NCBI GenBank assembly: GCA_007376125.1
Contig: VMFQ01000007.1
Span: 1 to 38,262 of the forward strand
Reading direction: 5' to 3'
DNA: 38,262 bases
DNA from: Parcubacteria group bacterium Gr01-1014_33
GTDB taxonomy: Bacteria; Patescibacteriota; Minisyncoccia; Sungbacterales; HO2-52-23
The notes under the pieces were generated by a model, which ran no database searches, was not told the origin of the DNA, and worked only from the letters and a program-made list of their open reading frames with translations. Numbering within the stretch: position 1 is the stretch's first letter; every line of letters begins with the position of its first letter. This document shows positions 1 to 9,111 of this stretch, in pieces. The position numbers and the translations under genes are program-made.

Positions 1-291
1 GCAATTTATATCGGGGAAACTGGAGAAGTTTCTCCAGATATGTTTAATATGTTGATACGCGAGTATCTTCAGGTACGCAGTTCTCCTCATTTCGAACAAA
101 GTTCTCCTCACTTCGCACAAAGAGCGAGGATGCGGCTTCTTGAGCGGCTTGTATCCGATCTCGTGTGGGTAGTGTGGAATTATACGCGACCAAAAAATCC
201 GAAACTTCAGGATCTACGACCCGTGGAGCAAGCGACAAATGTTGCGGCGCGCTTCAATGGCGTAAGGCAACTCTTGACACGCTATCAATAA
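1..291 (+). CDS. 3' part of a hypothetical protein (runs off the window start)
   Basis: Frame 1 is open from base 1 to TAA at 289-291; no family recognised. Confidence 0.55.
   Translation, partial: AIYIGETGEVSPDMFNMLIREYLQVRSSPHFEQSSPHFAQRARMRLLERLVSDLVWVVWNYTRPKNPKLQDLRPVEQATNVAARFNGVRQLLTRYQ
79..120 (+). repeat. 21-bp tandem duplication inside the CDS (SSPHFEQ/SSPHFAQ)
   Basis: agttctcctcatttcgaacaa then agttctcctcacttcgcacaa. Confidence 0.85.
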
Positions 292-789
292 GAGATGTTT
301 TTTTAGTTCTTTTTGATTATAGCGATTATGCGGATGTGTGAACGTCCGCTTTTTTCTTTTATACATCCATGATACTCTTGAACGTATGGAAACACCTCCC
401 AAGATAACAGAAATCAAAGAATGGATTCTGTCCCATAATCCATTAGGTTTGGCGCATGGCGGAACACTTTCGCTCAAAGATATTGATCCCAATCCATGGT
501 CGGGGCATTTTAATTATCTCATTGCGGCAGGCACAAAAAAGTGTGTGCTCCGGTTTCAAGGTCCGGAGTGGGGAACGCCTGCGGGGGTAGGAGACGAATA
601 CGAAAATTTAAAAGCGGTGCAAAAACACCGTGTGGGACCGAAGGTATTTTATTATGCCGATGATTTTTTCGGAGAGCCAATGATGTGCGAGGAGTATTTG
701 GACGGGAAACCGCTCAATCGGTTTTCCGCGCATACACAGCTCCGATCGTTTCCCGCGATTGGCCGCATGATCGCAAAAATAAATACAAT

Positions 790-964
790 GAGATGGTTAC
801 AAAACTATTTCTACTGCAATGCCGTATTTTCGGTTGCAACTTCGTCAGACTTCGCAAAAAGACTTATCACCGCAGCGCTACTGCGCTTCAAGTCTTTTTG
901 CTCGTCTTTCTTGTCTCGCTCAAAAATACGGCATTTCGTAACGAAATAGTTTTGTAACCATCTC
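790..964. mobile_element. 175-bp MITE-like element, family A
   Basis: Perfect 22-bp TIR gagatggttacaaaactatttc / gaaatagttttgtaaccatctc; 3-bp TSD AAT. Confidence 0.92.
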
Positions 965-1058
965 AATTCCATTTCCTGAAGAGCTCTTGTCGCTCCGCGA
1001 ACGCGCCATGAATTTTCTCCGGCACAAAGACACCTGGCGGATTCGCACGGAAGCTATT

Positions 1059-1217
1059 AGACCTACTGCGTAATAATCTTTCTACTGCAATTTCCAGATT
1101 TCGGCTACGACTTTGCAAAAATTATTCAACATATACGCGGTATATGCTTCATAATTTTTGCTGCGTCTCGCTTGAAATCTGAAAATTTCGCTACGAAAAT
1201 TATCACGCAGTAGGTCT
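1059..1217. mobile_element. 159-bp MITE-like element, family B
   Basis: TIR agacctactgcgtaataat / attatcacgcagtaggtct; TSD ATT; related copy at 37615-37775. Confidence 0.92.
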
Positions 1218-1743
1218 ATTTTACTTGACCGCGAGTTGAGGGATACGGGACACGAAATAAAAAAACTTATTCCGCCGGCGGAAGAAATGCTCCATGCCGG
1301 AGAAGAAGCGCTTGCCCGCGTCTTAAAAACTCATCCGCCCGCGTTTATTTTTGAAAGCGCGCATGTGGGGCATTGCATGCGGCTTCGCCGAAGGGGATTT
1401 CGTTTCGTAAATTGGGAGAAAGTGAGTTTCGGGGATCCCAGTTTTACCCTTGCCGTGTTTCTCTCATCAATTTCCGAGCGAGATGATTTTTTAAGCGTAA
1501 AGGAGATAATGGTAAAAAAATATCTCCAGATCAATCCGGTTCCGGAATGTACCGCGCTTCTTGATTTTCGCTTGAAAGAGCGCGCGGTATCCAATCTGCT
1601 CTGGGTGCCGTGGGCGCATGTAAAGCGGCGCGAGGCGGGCGAGGCAGGAAGCGCGCCGGATTTGGGCAGGCGGTATGAGAATGTAAAAGCAATACTAAAA
1701 GAATTCCAAGGAAAGCGGAAATGATCTATAGTGTACGGGTGTT

Positions 1744-1887
1744 TTCATTGCAGAGAAACGGTTAGTGATCGCTACCGACGTTGTCGTGGCGCGCAATCCC
1801 GCGGCGTAGTATCTCACGAGATTGCTTCCTAAAAACATTCCAATATTCTCAAGAATGTTGGAATGTTTTTGCGGTGCCTGCAGTGAC
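1744..1887. repeat. Degenerate GTCATTGC...GCAATGAC REP-like element with a nested palindrome
   Basis: ttcattgc..gcaatccc..gagattgcttc..gcagtgac; same layout as 30274-30478 and 37106-37215. Confidence 0.5.
1831..1870. repeat. AACATTCC palindrome, copy 1
   Basis: aaaaacattccaatattctcaagaatgttggaatgttttt; reverse-complement copy at 15456-15489. Confidence 0.9.
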
Positions 1888-1952
1888 AGACGAACGGGGG
1901 CGCACACGCATAGGTCCGGATAATCTTTTTCATTAGTGTGCCCCGTATATAA

Positions 1953-1985
1953 ACCCCGTATAGCTCTCAAGAGATTATACGGGGT
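1953..1985. repeat. ACCCCG...CGGGGT palindromic element
   Basis: accccgtatagctctcaagagattatacggggt. Confidence 0.7.
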
Positions 1986-2054
1986 CAACTTCGGCGATCT
2001 TCATTTTGTCCCGCCCTTTTGGTAGCACTCAAAAGGGCGGGACAGCCGAAGTTG
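1986..2054. repeat. CAACTTCGGC-TIR element, copy 1
   Basis: caacttcggc...gccgaagttg with internal tgtcccgccctttt/aaaagggcgggaca hairpin; same TIR at 15576-15695. Confidence 0.75.
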
Positions 2055-2077
2055 TATTACGGATGTGCATAACCCTC

Positions 2078-2106
2078 TTGACTTTTACTGTTCTATTTGA
2101 TATATT
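2078..2106 (+). promoter_or_regulatory. Sigma70-type promoter
   Basis: TTGACT-17-TATATT with TGn extension. Confidence 0.55.
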
Positions 2107-2161
2107 GAGCAAAGTGAGTGTTTTTATCCCGGCTTGCCGGGAGAAAACTCCAATTTGTCCT

Positions 2162-2193
2162 GCATAAAATCCCGCGTACGCGGGGTTTTGTGT
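2162..2193 (+). terminator. Intrinsic terminator-like hairpin
   Basis: aaaatcccgcg-ta-cgcggggttttgtgt. Confidence 0.5.
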
Positions 2194-2255
2194 TAAAGGG
2201 CTTTGTCTAAAATTTGGAGCACGGGGTGCGAACAAATTTTAGCGACAAAACCTTT

Positions 2256-2360
2256 ACCCCCATCTATTTCTACTACTGATTCGAGAGATTTGAGGAGAGG
2301 GTATTGCAGTATGACCCTTACCATACACACAAGGATTCATTAGTAGAAATAGGTGGGGGT
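2256..2360. mobile_element. ACCCCCA...TGGGGGT TIR element
   Basis: acccccatctatttctacta / tagtagaaataggtgggggt. Confidence 0.75.
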
Positions 2361-2419
2361 GCTCAATGGTGTAGTAAATTTTACTGCGCCATAGGCTTGT
2401 AAATTTTAACACCATTGGC

Positions 2420-3568
2420 ATGAAAAAAGCGCTTCTTCTTTATGGCGCAACCGACATAGGCCCTTCCCATTTTTCGGGCGATTTGCTGTGGAGGACTGGA
2501 TTTAAAGCGCCTGATCCGTTTTTCCTCATAGAAATTGAGGGGAAGGCGTTTCTCTTTGCTTCGCCCCTTGAACTTGAACGTGCAGAGAAAGAGGCGCGCG
2601 CGGATACCATACTCTCGCTCCACGACTACACCAAAAGAACTCAAAGAAAAACAGAGATAGAGGGAATACTTCTTTTTCTCAAAGAGCGGGCAATAGAAGC
2701 CGTTGTGGCATCCTCGGACATTCCCTACATAATAGGAAGGGCAATCGCGCGTGCGTTTTCTCTTGAAATAAAAAATGCTCCTTTCTATCCTCTTCGCGCG
2801 CTCAAAACCGATGCGGAGATTGACGAGATTCGTAACGCTCAAGCCGCGGTTGAACGCGCTCTGGAAAATGCGCTAGATTTTCTAAAAGGGTGCGTCATCC
2901 GCGAAGGGAAAATCTATGCGGGAGAAACAGCAATAACCGCAGAAGCGCTTCGTGGCCGGATTGACTCATCGCTTTATAGCGGGGGGTATCTTGGGATAGA
3001 CACGATTGTCACTCCGGGCATTCAAGCCGCAGATCCGCATGCACTCGGAACAGGACTCCTTATTCCGTACGCGCCGATCGTGATAGACATTTTTCCCCTT
3101 TCCATCAAGACGCATTATTATTCGGATCAGACACGGACAATTTTTAAAGGCGAACCGGCAGAGGCGTATAAAAAGATGTATCGGGCGGTGCTTGAGGCGC
3201 AGCTTTTCGCGATACAGAAAATAAAAAGCGGCGTAGACGGAAGCGTCGTGTACGATGAGGTGATACGCTATTTTGAGTCAAACGGCTTTAAGACCGATTT
3301 TTCGCGGCGTCCTATGGAAGGATTTTTCCACGGACTGGGGCACGGCGTGGGGATTGATATACACGAGTTTCCCCGTTTGGGACATACGCCGGAAATTCTT
3401 GAGGAACGAAACGTGGTAACGGTTGAGCCCGGACTTTATTACACGCATGCCGAGAACGGGATTTTGCCCGGCGGCATACGAATTGAGGATATTGTCGTGG
3501 TGGGCAAAAATTCGTGTGAAAATCTTACGGCGTTTCCAAAGCGATTGGAAGATATAATTATTCCATAG
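2420..3568 (+). CDS. Xaa-Pro aminopeptidase, peptidase M24B
   Basis: HGLGHGVGIDIHE, VTVEPGLY and GGIRIEDIV motifs. Confidence 0.95.
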   Translation: MKKALLLYGATDIGPSHFSGDLLWRTGFKAPDPFFLIEIEGKAFLFASPLELERAEKEARADTILSLHDYTKRTQRKTEIEGILLFLKERAIEAVVASSDIPYIIGRAIARAFSLEIKNAPFYPLRALKTDAEIDEIRNAQAAVERALENALDFLKGCVIREGKIYAGETAITAEALRGRIDSSLYSGGYLGIDTIVTPGIQAADPHALGTGLLIPYAPIVIDIFPLSIKTHYYSDQTRTIFKGEPAEAYKKMYRAVLEAQLFAIQKIKSGVDGSVVYDEVIRYFESNGFKTDFSRRPMEGFFHGLGHGVGIDIHEFPRLGHTPEILEERNVVTVEPGLYYTHAENGILPGGIRIEDIVVVGKNSCENLTAFPKRLEDIIIP

Positions 3569-3574
3569 CGTAGT

Positions 3575-3922
3575 CTCAAGGCATGAGAAGGGTTATACTC
3601 TCCCGCTCATTCCGCTAAAAGCGAAATGGGCGGGATTGCTGTTTGTGTCTGAAATTTTTTCTCCCGCTGAAAGCGGGATCAAAATTTTAGACACACAGGG
3701 AACAACATTTTGTCTCCCGACATAATGTCGGGATCCCGACTTCCTTAATTTATATTATAGATGAAGCGTCGGGACTTATGCCTGTCCCGAACTTAATCTC
3801 GACAGAAGAGCTACTTTATTCTTGAGGCACGAGAAGGGTTTTACTCCAAGATTTTGTCCTTATGTGAGTGCCAGCTTCTCATGCCATGAGAATAAATTAG
3901 AAGTCGAGATTAAGTGCGGGGT
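3575..3922. repeat. Mosaic of nested palindromic elements
   Basis: aggca(t/c)gagaagggtt(a/t)tactc occurs twice; tcccgac..gtcggga hairpins; IR acttaatctcgac/gtcgagattaagt enclosing a second IR. Confidence 0.75.
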
Positions 3923-4000
3923 GAAAGTGCCCGCTTCCTCTTTATTGTACATAACCCCTCTCGTTATTGCAAATCGGACGATTTGTGAAATAATACCCTC

Positions 4001-4945
4001 ATGGCTTTAGAAATAAAAGAGCATATATCCCTTGCATTCTTTACTATATATAAAATAGGGGGGTTCGCAAGGTTTTTTGTGGAAGCAAAAAGCGCTGAAG
4101 AAGTGGAAGAAGCGCTCGGTTTTGCCGCGAAAAAAAATATCCCATTTTTTATTCTCGGTGCGGGTTCAAACATTCTTGTCTCGGACAAAGGATTTGACGG
4201 ACTGGTAATAAGAATGAACGGAGGAGAGGTAAAAAGCGACGGCAATCGGTTGATTGCGGACGCGGGCGTTATGATGGCGCGCGCCGCCTTGGAGGCACAA
4301 AAAGCCGGACTTTCCGGATTTGAATGGGGGATTGGAGTGCCGGGAACAATCGGTGGCTCGGTGCGGGGAAATGCGGGATGCTTCGGATCGGAGATTAATG
4401 ATGTAATAGAATCTGTTAAAGTATTCGATTTTCAAAAACCTACAACCTACAACCTACAACCTACTGACTGCGAATTTAGCTATCGCGATTCTATTTTCAA
4501 GCGACGTCCCGAATGGATTATTCTTTCGGCGACGCTTCGGCTTCAAAAAGGAGATCCGAACGAAATCCGCGAGAAAATGGCAAATTTGATAAAAGAACGT
4601 ACTGCAAAGCAAGACATTGGCACAAAATCGTGCGGCTGTATCTTCAAAAATATTTCATGGTCACGAAAAGATATAAACAGACAAGAACTTTTGCCCCGAT
4701 TTACCGAATTGGAAAAATTTGGCGAACGTCCGGGAATCCCGGCCTCTTTTCTCATTGATATGGCCGGACTCAAAGGTAGGCGCGTGGGAAAAATATCAAT
4801 TTCTTCGCGGCACGCCAATTTTTTTATAAACGAAGGCGGAGGAACCGCGGAAGAGGTGATAATGCTGATTGCCATCGCAAAAGATATAGTAAGAAGAACA
4901 TTCGGGCTTTCATTGGAAGAAGAAATCCAATACGTAGGATTTTAA
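4001..4945 (+). CDS. murB: UDP-N-acetylmuramate dehydrogenase
   Basis: GAGSNILVSD, GVPGTIGGSVRGNAG, FSYRDSIFK, SCGCIFKN and HANFFIN motifs. Confidence 0.97.
   Translation: MALEIKEHISLAFFTIYKIGGFARFFVEAKSAEEVEEALGFAAKKNIPFFILGAGSNILVSDKGFDGLVIRMNGGEVKSDGNRLIADAGVMMARAALEAQKAGLSGFEWGIGVPGTIGGSVRGNAGCFGSEINDVIESVKVFDFQKPTTYNLQPTDCEFSYRDSIFKRRPEWIILSATLRLQKGDPNEIREKMANLIKERTAKQDIGTKSCGCIFKNISWSRKDINRQELLPRFTELEKFGERPGIPASFLIDMAGLKGRRVGKISISSRHANFFINEGGGTAEEVIMLIAIAKDIVRRTFGLSLEEEIQYVGF
4437..4464 (+). repeat. (AACCTAC)4 heptamer tandem repeat inside murB
   Basis: Seen directly; translated as KPTTYNLQPT. Confidence 0.9.
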
Positions 4946-5147
4946 ATCCCGATTTTTTACTTGTAGGATAAAAAATCTCTCTTTGCGGAGAGTTTTTATT
5001 AAATTTTTTCAAAAATAGCGCAATAAAAAGTTATTCACTGTTGACATTTTATTTTTTTTGTAAGAAAATTAAAAAAGTGTGTTGAAAATTTTTTATTACT
5101 ATGTAAAAAACTTTCAAATGCGGGAAGAAAATAAAAATAAATTATCC

Positions 5148-5651
5148 ATGACTATACAAGAACTAATCCAAGATTTGGAAAAAAATGTGTATTGCCGTCT
5201 CAATCGTTCGTCTGTGGAGGGGATAGGAGTAGTGGCGATACGGGATATTCCCAAAGGTACCAATATATTTACGGGAGTGAAGAAGAACAGATGGAAGAGT
5301 ATACCTGTTGATGCTGTCTTGCGTAATAAAAAGATCATAAAAGAAGTAAAAGAAATGATATTGAGTTTTTATGCGGTGGAGGCGGGAGTGATTTATTTTC
5401 CCGACCAGAGTCTGAATGAATTGGATATTTCTTTTTACCTCAACCATTCGGATACGCCGAATGTGGAATTTGTGGAGAAAAGCGATATATTTATCACCGC
5501 GCGTAGCATAAAAAAAGGAGAAGAACTTTTTGCGGATTATCGGACATACTCTGACGAATATATGCCGTCGGCGGACGCTAATGGTATTATCACCCGCGAA
5601 TGGCATGGCATGAGAAATAGAAAAAATAGGGAGGAAACAGCACGCGCTTAG
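5148..5651 (+). CDS. SET-domain protein (lysine methyltransferase fold); alternative start 5118
   Basis: GIGVVAIRDIPKGT, YLNHSDTPN, IKKGEELFADY. Confidence 0.9.
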   Translation: MTIQELIQDLEKNVYCRLNRSSVEGIGVVAIRDIPKGTNIFTGVKKNRWKSIPVDAVLRNKKIIKEVKEMILSFYAVEAGVIYFPDQSLNELDISFYLNHSDTPNVEFVEKSDIFITARSIKKGEELFADYRTYSDEYMPSADANGIITREWHGMRNRKNREETARA

Positions 5652-5671
5652 ATGAGCGGATAAGGAAATAA

Positions 5672-5835
5672 GAACCTGTTCACGATCTCGCGGTACCCAA
5701 CCTGAAAATGCGGGTTTTTGAGCGAAAAACGAGTCGGAGCACGAAGCGTAATGGTATTACGATGAGTGCGAGACGAAGTTTTGCAGCCAAAAACATGCAT
5801 TTTCAGGTAGGGGGAAGATCGTGAACAGGTGGTTC
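5672..5835. mobile_element. 164-bp MITE-like element
   Basis: TIR gaacctgttcacgatct / agatcgtgaacaggt(ggt)tc; TSD TAA; long internal stem. Confidence 0.85.
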
Positions 5836-5853
5836 TAAGAGAAAGAGAAATTT

Positions 5854-5947
5854 ACCCCGTTAGAGAATGCCCCGCGGCTTGCTGCGGGGTCTGGCGGCTC
5901 AATACGAACGCGGGGTTCAATGCCCCGCGCGAGTTCTCTAACGGGGT
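5854..5947. mobile_element. ACCCCGTTAGA...TCTAACGGGGT element
   Basis: 14-bp TIR; internal ccccgcggcttgctgcgggg hairpin; short versions at 30284 and 37117. Confidence 0.85.
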
Positions 5948-5952
5948 TTACT

Positions 5953-7335
5953 ATGGCAAATGAAATAAAAAACGGGAATGGGGCTTCCGGAAGTAGCCAC
6001 AATGGGCAGAACGGCCAAAATGGAAATAACGGGGCAATACAAAACGGCGAAAAACCACGATTAAAGTTTCTTTTTATTTCGTGGGAGTCGCTTTCCGGGG
6101 ATGTGGCGTGGCGGCTTACACAGGAAGGCCATGAAGTGAAATATTGGAGCAAGGACTCGGATGATGCGGATGTCTATATTGGTTTTGTGGAGAAAGTGGA
6201 GCGATGGGAAGACCATAAGGATTGGGCTGATGTTATCGTGTTTGACGACACCGGGTTCGGGAAGATTGCCGATGCTTTGCGCCGATCAGGAAAATTAGTC
6301 GTTGGCGGGAACGAATATACCGATCGCCTGGAAGAAGACCGTGAATTTGGGCAAGCGGAAATGAAACGAGTGGGGATGACAGTACTGCCGCACTGGGATT
6401 TTAGCGATTTTGAGGAAGCAATCCGCTTTATCAAGGAAAATCCGGGCCGGTATGTCTTCAAGCCCTCGGGGAGCGTGCTCACCGATCAGAAAGGCATCCT
6501 TTTTATCGGTCAGGAAGACTCGGGCGCGGATCTTTTAGAGGTGCTTGAGCACAACAAAAACACATGGGCTAAAAAAATCAAGAGATTTCAACTGCAGAAA
6601 TTTGCGAACGGCGTGGAGGTTGCGGTGGGCGCGTTTTTTAACGGCAAGGATTTTATACGGCCGCTGTGTGTTAACTTTGAACATAAGAAACTTTTTCCCG
6701 GTGAGATCGGCCCCTACACCGGAGAGATGGGAACGCTGGTGTATTGGGGCGAGCCCAACAAAATTTTCAGCATGACGCTTGAGAAACTGAAACCCGCACT
6801 TGCAGAATCGGGTTATATTGGGTACGTGGATATCAACTGCGTGGCGAATAACAACGGAATTTACCCATTGGAGATTACCGCACGTCTCGGCTACCCGATT
6901 ATCTATATACAACTGGAAGGAATTTTGACGACTGCGGGAGAATGGTTGTCGAAACTGGCGCGCGGAGAATCGTTTGAATTACGCGTTAAGAAGGGATTCC
7001 AAGTCGGGGTGGTAGTGGCGGTGCCGCCGTTTCCGTATCATGACAGACGCGAGGCCGACATCTACCACGATTTGTCAATCGTGTTTCGCAAACCAAATTT
7101 GGAGGGGGTGCATTTGGGAAAAGTGAAGATTGTGGAGGGTGAGTGGCATCCTGCGGGCGAGTCCGGATATGCGCTTGTGGTTACCGGTTCGGGCACCACA
7201 GTCGCGGAAGCGCGAAAAATGGCGTATAATAGGATTGATAATATTATTTTACAAAACAAGTTCTATCGCACCGATATCGGGATTCGCTGGAACACGGATA
7301 GCGATAAACTTCAATCGTGGGGATACCTTTACTAG
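5953..7335 (+). CDS. PurD-like (GAR synthetase-type) ATP-grasp ligase with an N/G/Q-rich N-terminal tail
   Basis: YVFKPSG, NFEHKKLFPGEIGPYTGEMG, LEITARLGYP, FYRTDIG; the ORF extension from 5920 lies inside a repeat. Confidence 0.85.
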   Translation: MANEIKNGNGASGSSHNGQNGQNGNNGAIQNGEKPRLKFLFISWESLSGDVAWRLTQEGHEVKYWSKDSDDADVYIGFVEKVERWEDHKDWADVIVFDDTGFGKIADALRRSGKLVVGGNEYTDRLEEDREFGQAEMKRVGMTVLPHWDFSDFEEAIRFIKENPGRYVFKPSGSVLTDQKGILFIGQEDSGADLLEVLEHNKNTWAKKIKRFQLQKFANGVEVAVGAFFNGKDFIRPLCVNFEHKKLFPGEIGPYTGEMGTLVYWGEPNKIFSMTLEKLKPALAESGYIGYVDINCVANNNGIYPLEITARLGYPIIYIQLEGILTTAGEWLSKLARGESFELRVKKGFQVGVVVAVPPFPYHDRREADIYHDLSIVFRKPNLEGVHLGKVKIVEGEWHPAGESGYALVVTGSGTTVAEARKMAYNRIDNIILQNKFYRTDIGIRWNTDSDKLQSWGYLY

Positions 7336-7395
7336 CGGGTAGCTTGTAGGAAGTGGGTGGTAGGAATAAGGGAATAACATTTAAATCTTTTTTTA

Positions 7396-7426
7396 CTACA
7401 ACCTACAACCTACAACCTACAACCTA
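7396..7426 (+). repeat. AACCTAC heptamer tandem repeat, imperfectly complementary to GTAGG units at 7338-7375
   Basis: ctac(aacctac)3aaccta. Confidence 0.85.
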
Positions 7427-7444
7427 TTTCCTAATGCCTAATTC

Positions 7445-7861
7445 ATGCGCGTTACCATTCGGCAAAAAGATATAGAAATAACCCCGGCGCTTCACGAATA
7501 CATTAAACAAAAAATAGTCCGGCCGGTGGAAAAATTCCTGAAGCGCGAAGAACGCGAGGGAACGCCGCTTTTGGATATTGAAGTGGCGCGTACCACGCGC
7601 CACCATAAAAAAGGCGAGGTATATCGCGTATCCGTGTCTCTTACGCTCGGCAAAAAACTTATCCGGGCGGAGGTGGAAAACGAGGATGTGCATGCGGCGT
7701 GCGATGTGATTGAAGATGAGTTGAAACGCAAAATCACCTCATATAAGACGCGCGCGTTTTCCATGTTTAAGCGGATGGCGCGTCGCGTAAAAAAAGAACT
7801 TCGTTTTGATCGCGCCGCGCGGCTTTTCCGCAAGGGTCGCGATTGGCATGAAGGGAATTAG
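7445..7861 (+). CDS. hpf: Ribosome hibernation factor HPF/RaiA
   Basis: MRVTIRQKDIEITPALHEYI..K; IRAE...EDVHAACD. Confidence 0.9.
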   Translation: MRVTIRQKDIEITPALHEYIKQKIVRPVEKFLKREEREGTPLLDIEVARTTRHHKKGEVYRVSVSLTLGKKLIRAEVENEDVHAACDVIEDELKRKITSYKTRAFSMFKRMARRVKKELRFDRAARLFRKGRDWHEGN

Positions 7862-7949
7862 TCGTCTCTTTGCGGAGTTCAAGTGCAAAATAGGTATGCA
7901 GAGTTTTTAAGTCGTATCCCAACGGCGCGCGCATAAATCCCGCGCCTGT

Positions 7950-8077
7950 CTGCGGGGTTCCGCTCACCAAATTTTGGTGAGGGATAAAATTAAACCCCGC
8001 AGGAAGGATTTCAATGATACCCATTCATCTCGCACCAACTGTTGGTGCGGGATTCATCCCCGTAGCAAGCTACGGGG
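7950..8077. repeat. Cluster of short palindromes (CACCAA..TTGGTG type and CCCCGTAGCAAGCTACGGGG)
   Basis: Hairpins at 7963-7981, 8027-8053 and 8058-8077. Confidence 0.75.
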
Positions 8078-8089
8078 TATTCTGGGAAG

Positions 8090-9016
8090 GTGCGGGATAA
8101 AATTGAAAAACTGAAAATGGAATTTATTGAAGATACAGTTGCGAATAGACCTCTTCTTGAGGAGAGTGTAAGTAGTTTTGGGTATGCGCCGGAGCATAAT
8201 ATTGATTGGTATGAGTACGGAGCCAAACAAGATCAAAAAACTGTTTTCGTCCGGTGGCAAGACGGCACAGGACTTCTTACCTATAAGGGAAAAAATGTAT
8301 GGCATATCTTCTCGGAACCGCTTGCGCCGCCGGGAAAAAGGGGCAAGAGAATTGTAGAGTTTTGCCTCCATGTGGTATCGAAACTCCTTGCAAAAAAAGT
8401 GGTAGTTGAGGTGAGTGCCTCTACGAGACAGGAGGTGCGCGGCCTTCTTCCGGATTCTTTGAGAGCGTGTGCAGTCAATTATATTCTCGTATGGCCGGTA
8501 ATGAACATGGAAAATTTTGATGTAGCGCTTCCCGGCGGACATTGGAAAAGTATCCGTAATGCCCGAAATCAGTTCTACCGGGAGCATCAAGTCAGAATTG
8601 ATGACGCGGCCAATATAGACAAAGAGATGCTCCACGCTATCGTTGATGCATGGAGCGGGAAGCGGAGACAGCATGATCGCTCCCACCCGTACCCGTACCA
8701 CAATCTTATCAATGCACACTTTAGAGGGACAAAAAGCACGCGATGCCTTATTGTGGATGGCAGGCCGGTTGGGTTTAACGCAGGTTGGGAGATTCCAAAT
8801 TCTTACGGATACTACGGGGGTGTGGGCACTCATGACTATTCCATAAAAGATTTTGGCGTGATGCTGTATCTTGAAGATTTGGAATGGATCAAACTTATGG
8901 GCTGGAAAACGGCGGAAATGGGAGGCTCCTACAAAGATGCGATACATTTTAAAAATCAATTTCTTCCGGAATCGTGGTATAAAGATTATTCTTTTTCAAT
9001 TGTGAGGAAACGATGA
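8090..9016 (+). CDS. GNAT-fold protein, DUF2156/phosphatidylglycerol lysyltransferase C-terminal-like
   Basis: LPGGHWKSIRNARN, AEMGGS....HFKNQFLP; no membrane domain. Confidence 0.6.
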   Translation: MRDKIEKLKMEFIEDTVANRPLLEESVSSFGYAPEHNIDWYEYGAKQDQKTVFVRWQDGTGLLTYKGKNVWHIFSEPLAPPGKRGKRIVEFCLHVVSKLLAKKVVVEVSASTRQEVRGLLPDSLRACAVNYILVWPVMNMENFDVALPGGHWKSIRNARNQFYREHQVRIDDAANIDKEMLHAIVDAWSGKRRQHDRSHPYPYHNLINAHFRGTKSTRCLIVDGRPVGFNAGWEIPNSYGYYGGVGTHDYSIKDFGVMLYLEDLEWIKLMGWKTAEMGGSYKDAIHFKNQFLPESWYKDYSFSIVRKR

Positions 9017-9079
9017 AAGGTCTTGTATAAGGAGGTTATGTGTGAGAATATGGAAACACGCGCATGTGCAGAATAAATG

Positions 9080-9104
9080 GTTCTTTAACACTTTTTTAAG
9101 GAGG
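9080..9104 (+). promoter_or_regulatory. boxA-like site plus Shine-Dalgarno
   Basis: GTTCTTTAACA at 9080-9090; AGGAGG at 9099-9104. Confidence 0.55.
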
Positions 9105-9111
9105 AAAAATT

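Larger units (their letters stand above)
386..1724 (+). pseudogene. Aminoglycoside phosphotransferase/choline kinase-fold gene interrupted by two MITE-like insertions
   Basis: Joining 386-789, 968-1058 and 1221-1724 gives 999 nt, an open 332-aa frame. Kinase-fold motifs: K..VLR, PKVFY, EEYLDG, VNWE....GDP.F. Confidence 0.8.

Noticed and set aside
790-964. Hammerhead ribozyme suggested by CGAAA at a junction
   Set aside because: No CUGANGA core at the required position
1695-2235. Minus-strand ORFs of 97 and 68 aa
   Set aside because: Made of palindromic repeat sequence (e.g. HSNILENIGM)
5854-5947. Assignment to IS200/IS605 from the TTAC flank and GC-rich hairpin
   Set aside because: True terminal IRs and inconsistent flanks across copies; no tnpA or tnpB in the window
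5920-5952. N-terminal ORF extensions (5920; also 338, 12287, 17922, 22011, 31284, 36594)
   Set aside because: They run through repeats, promoters or neighbouring genes; downstream ATGs fit better
5953-7335. Assigning the symbol purD
   Set aside because: Divergent N-terminus and no pur context, so the function is not assured
8054-8959. 301-aa minus-strand ORF and other long antisense ORFs (26761-27432, 28122-28916, 18135-18710)
   Set aside because: Antisense shadows of well-supported plus-strand genes, with no motifs
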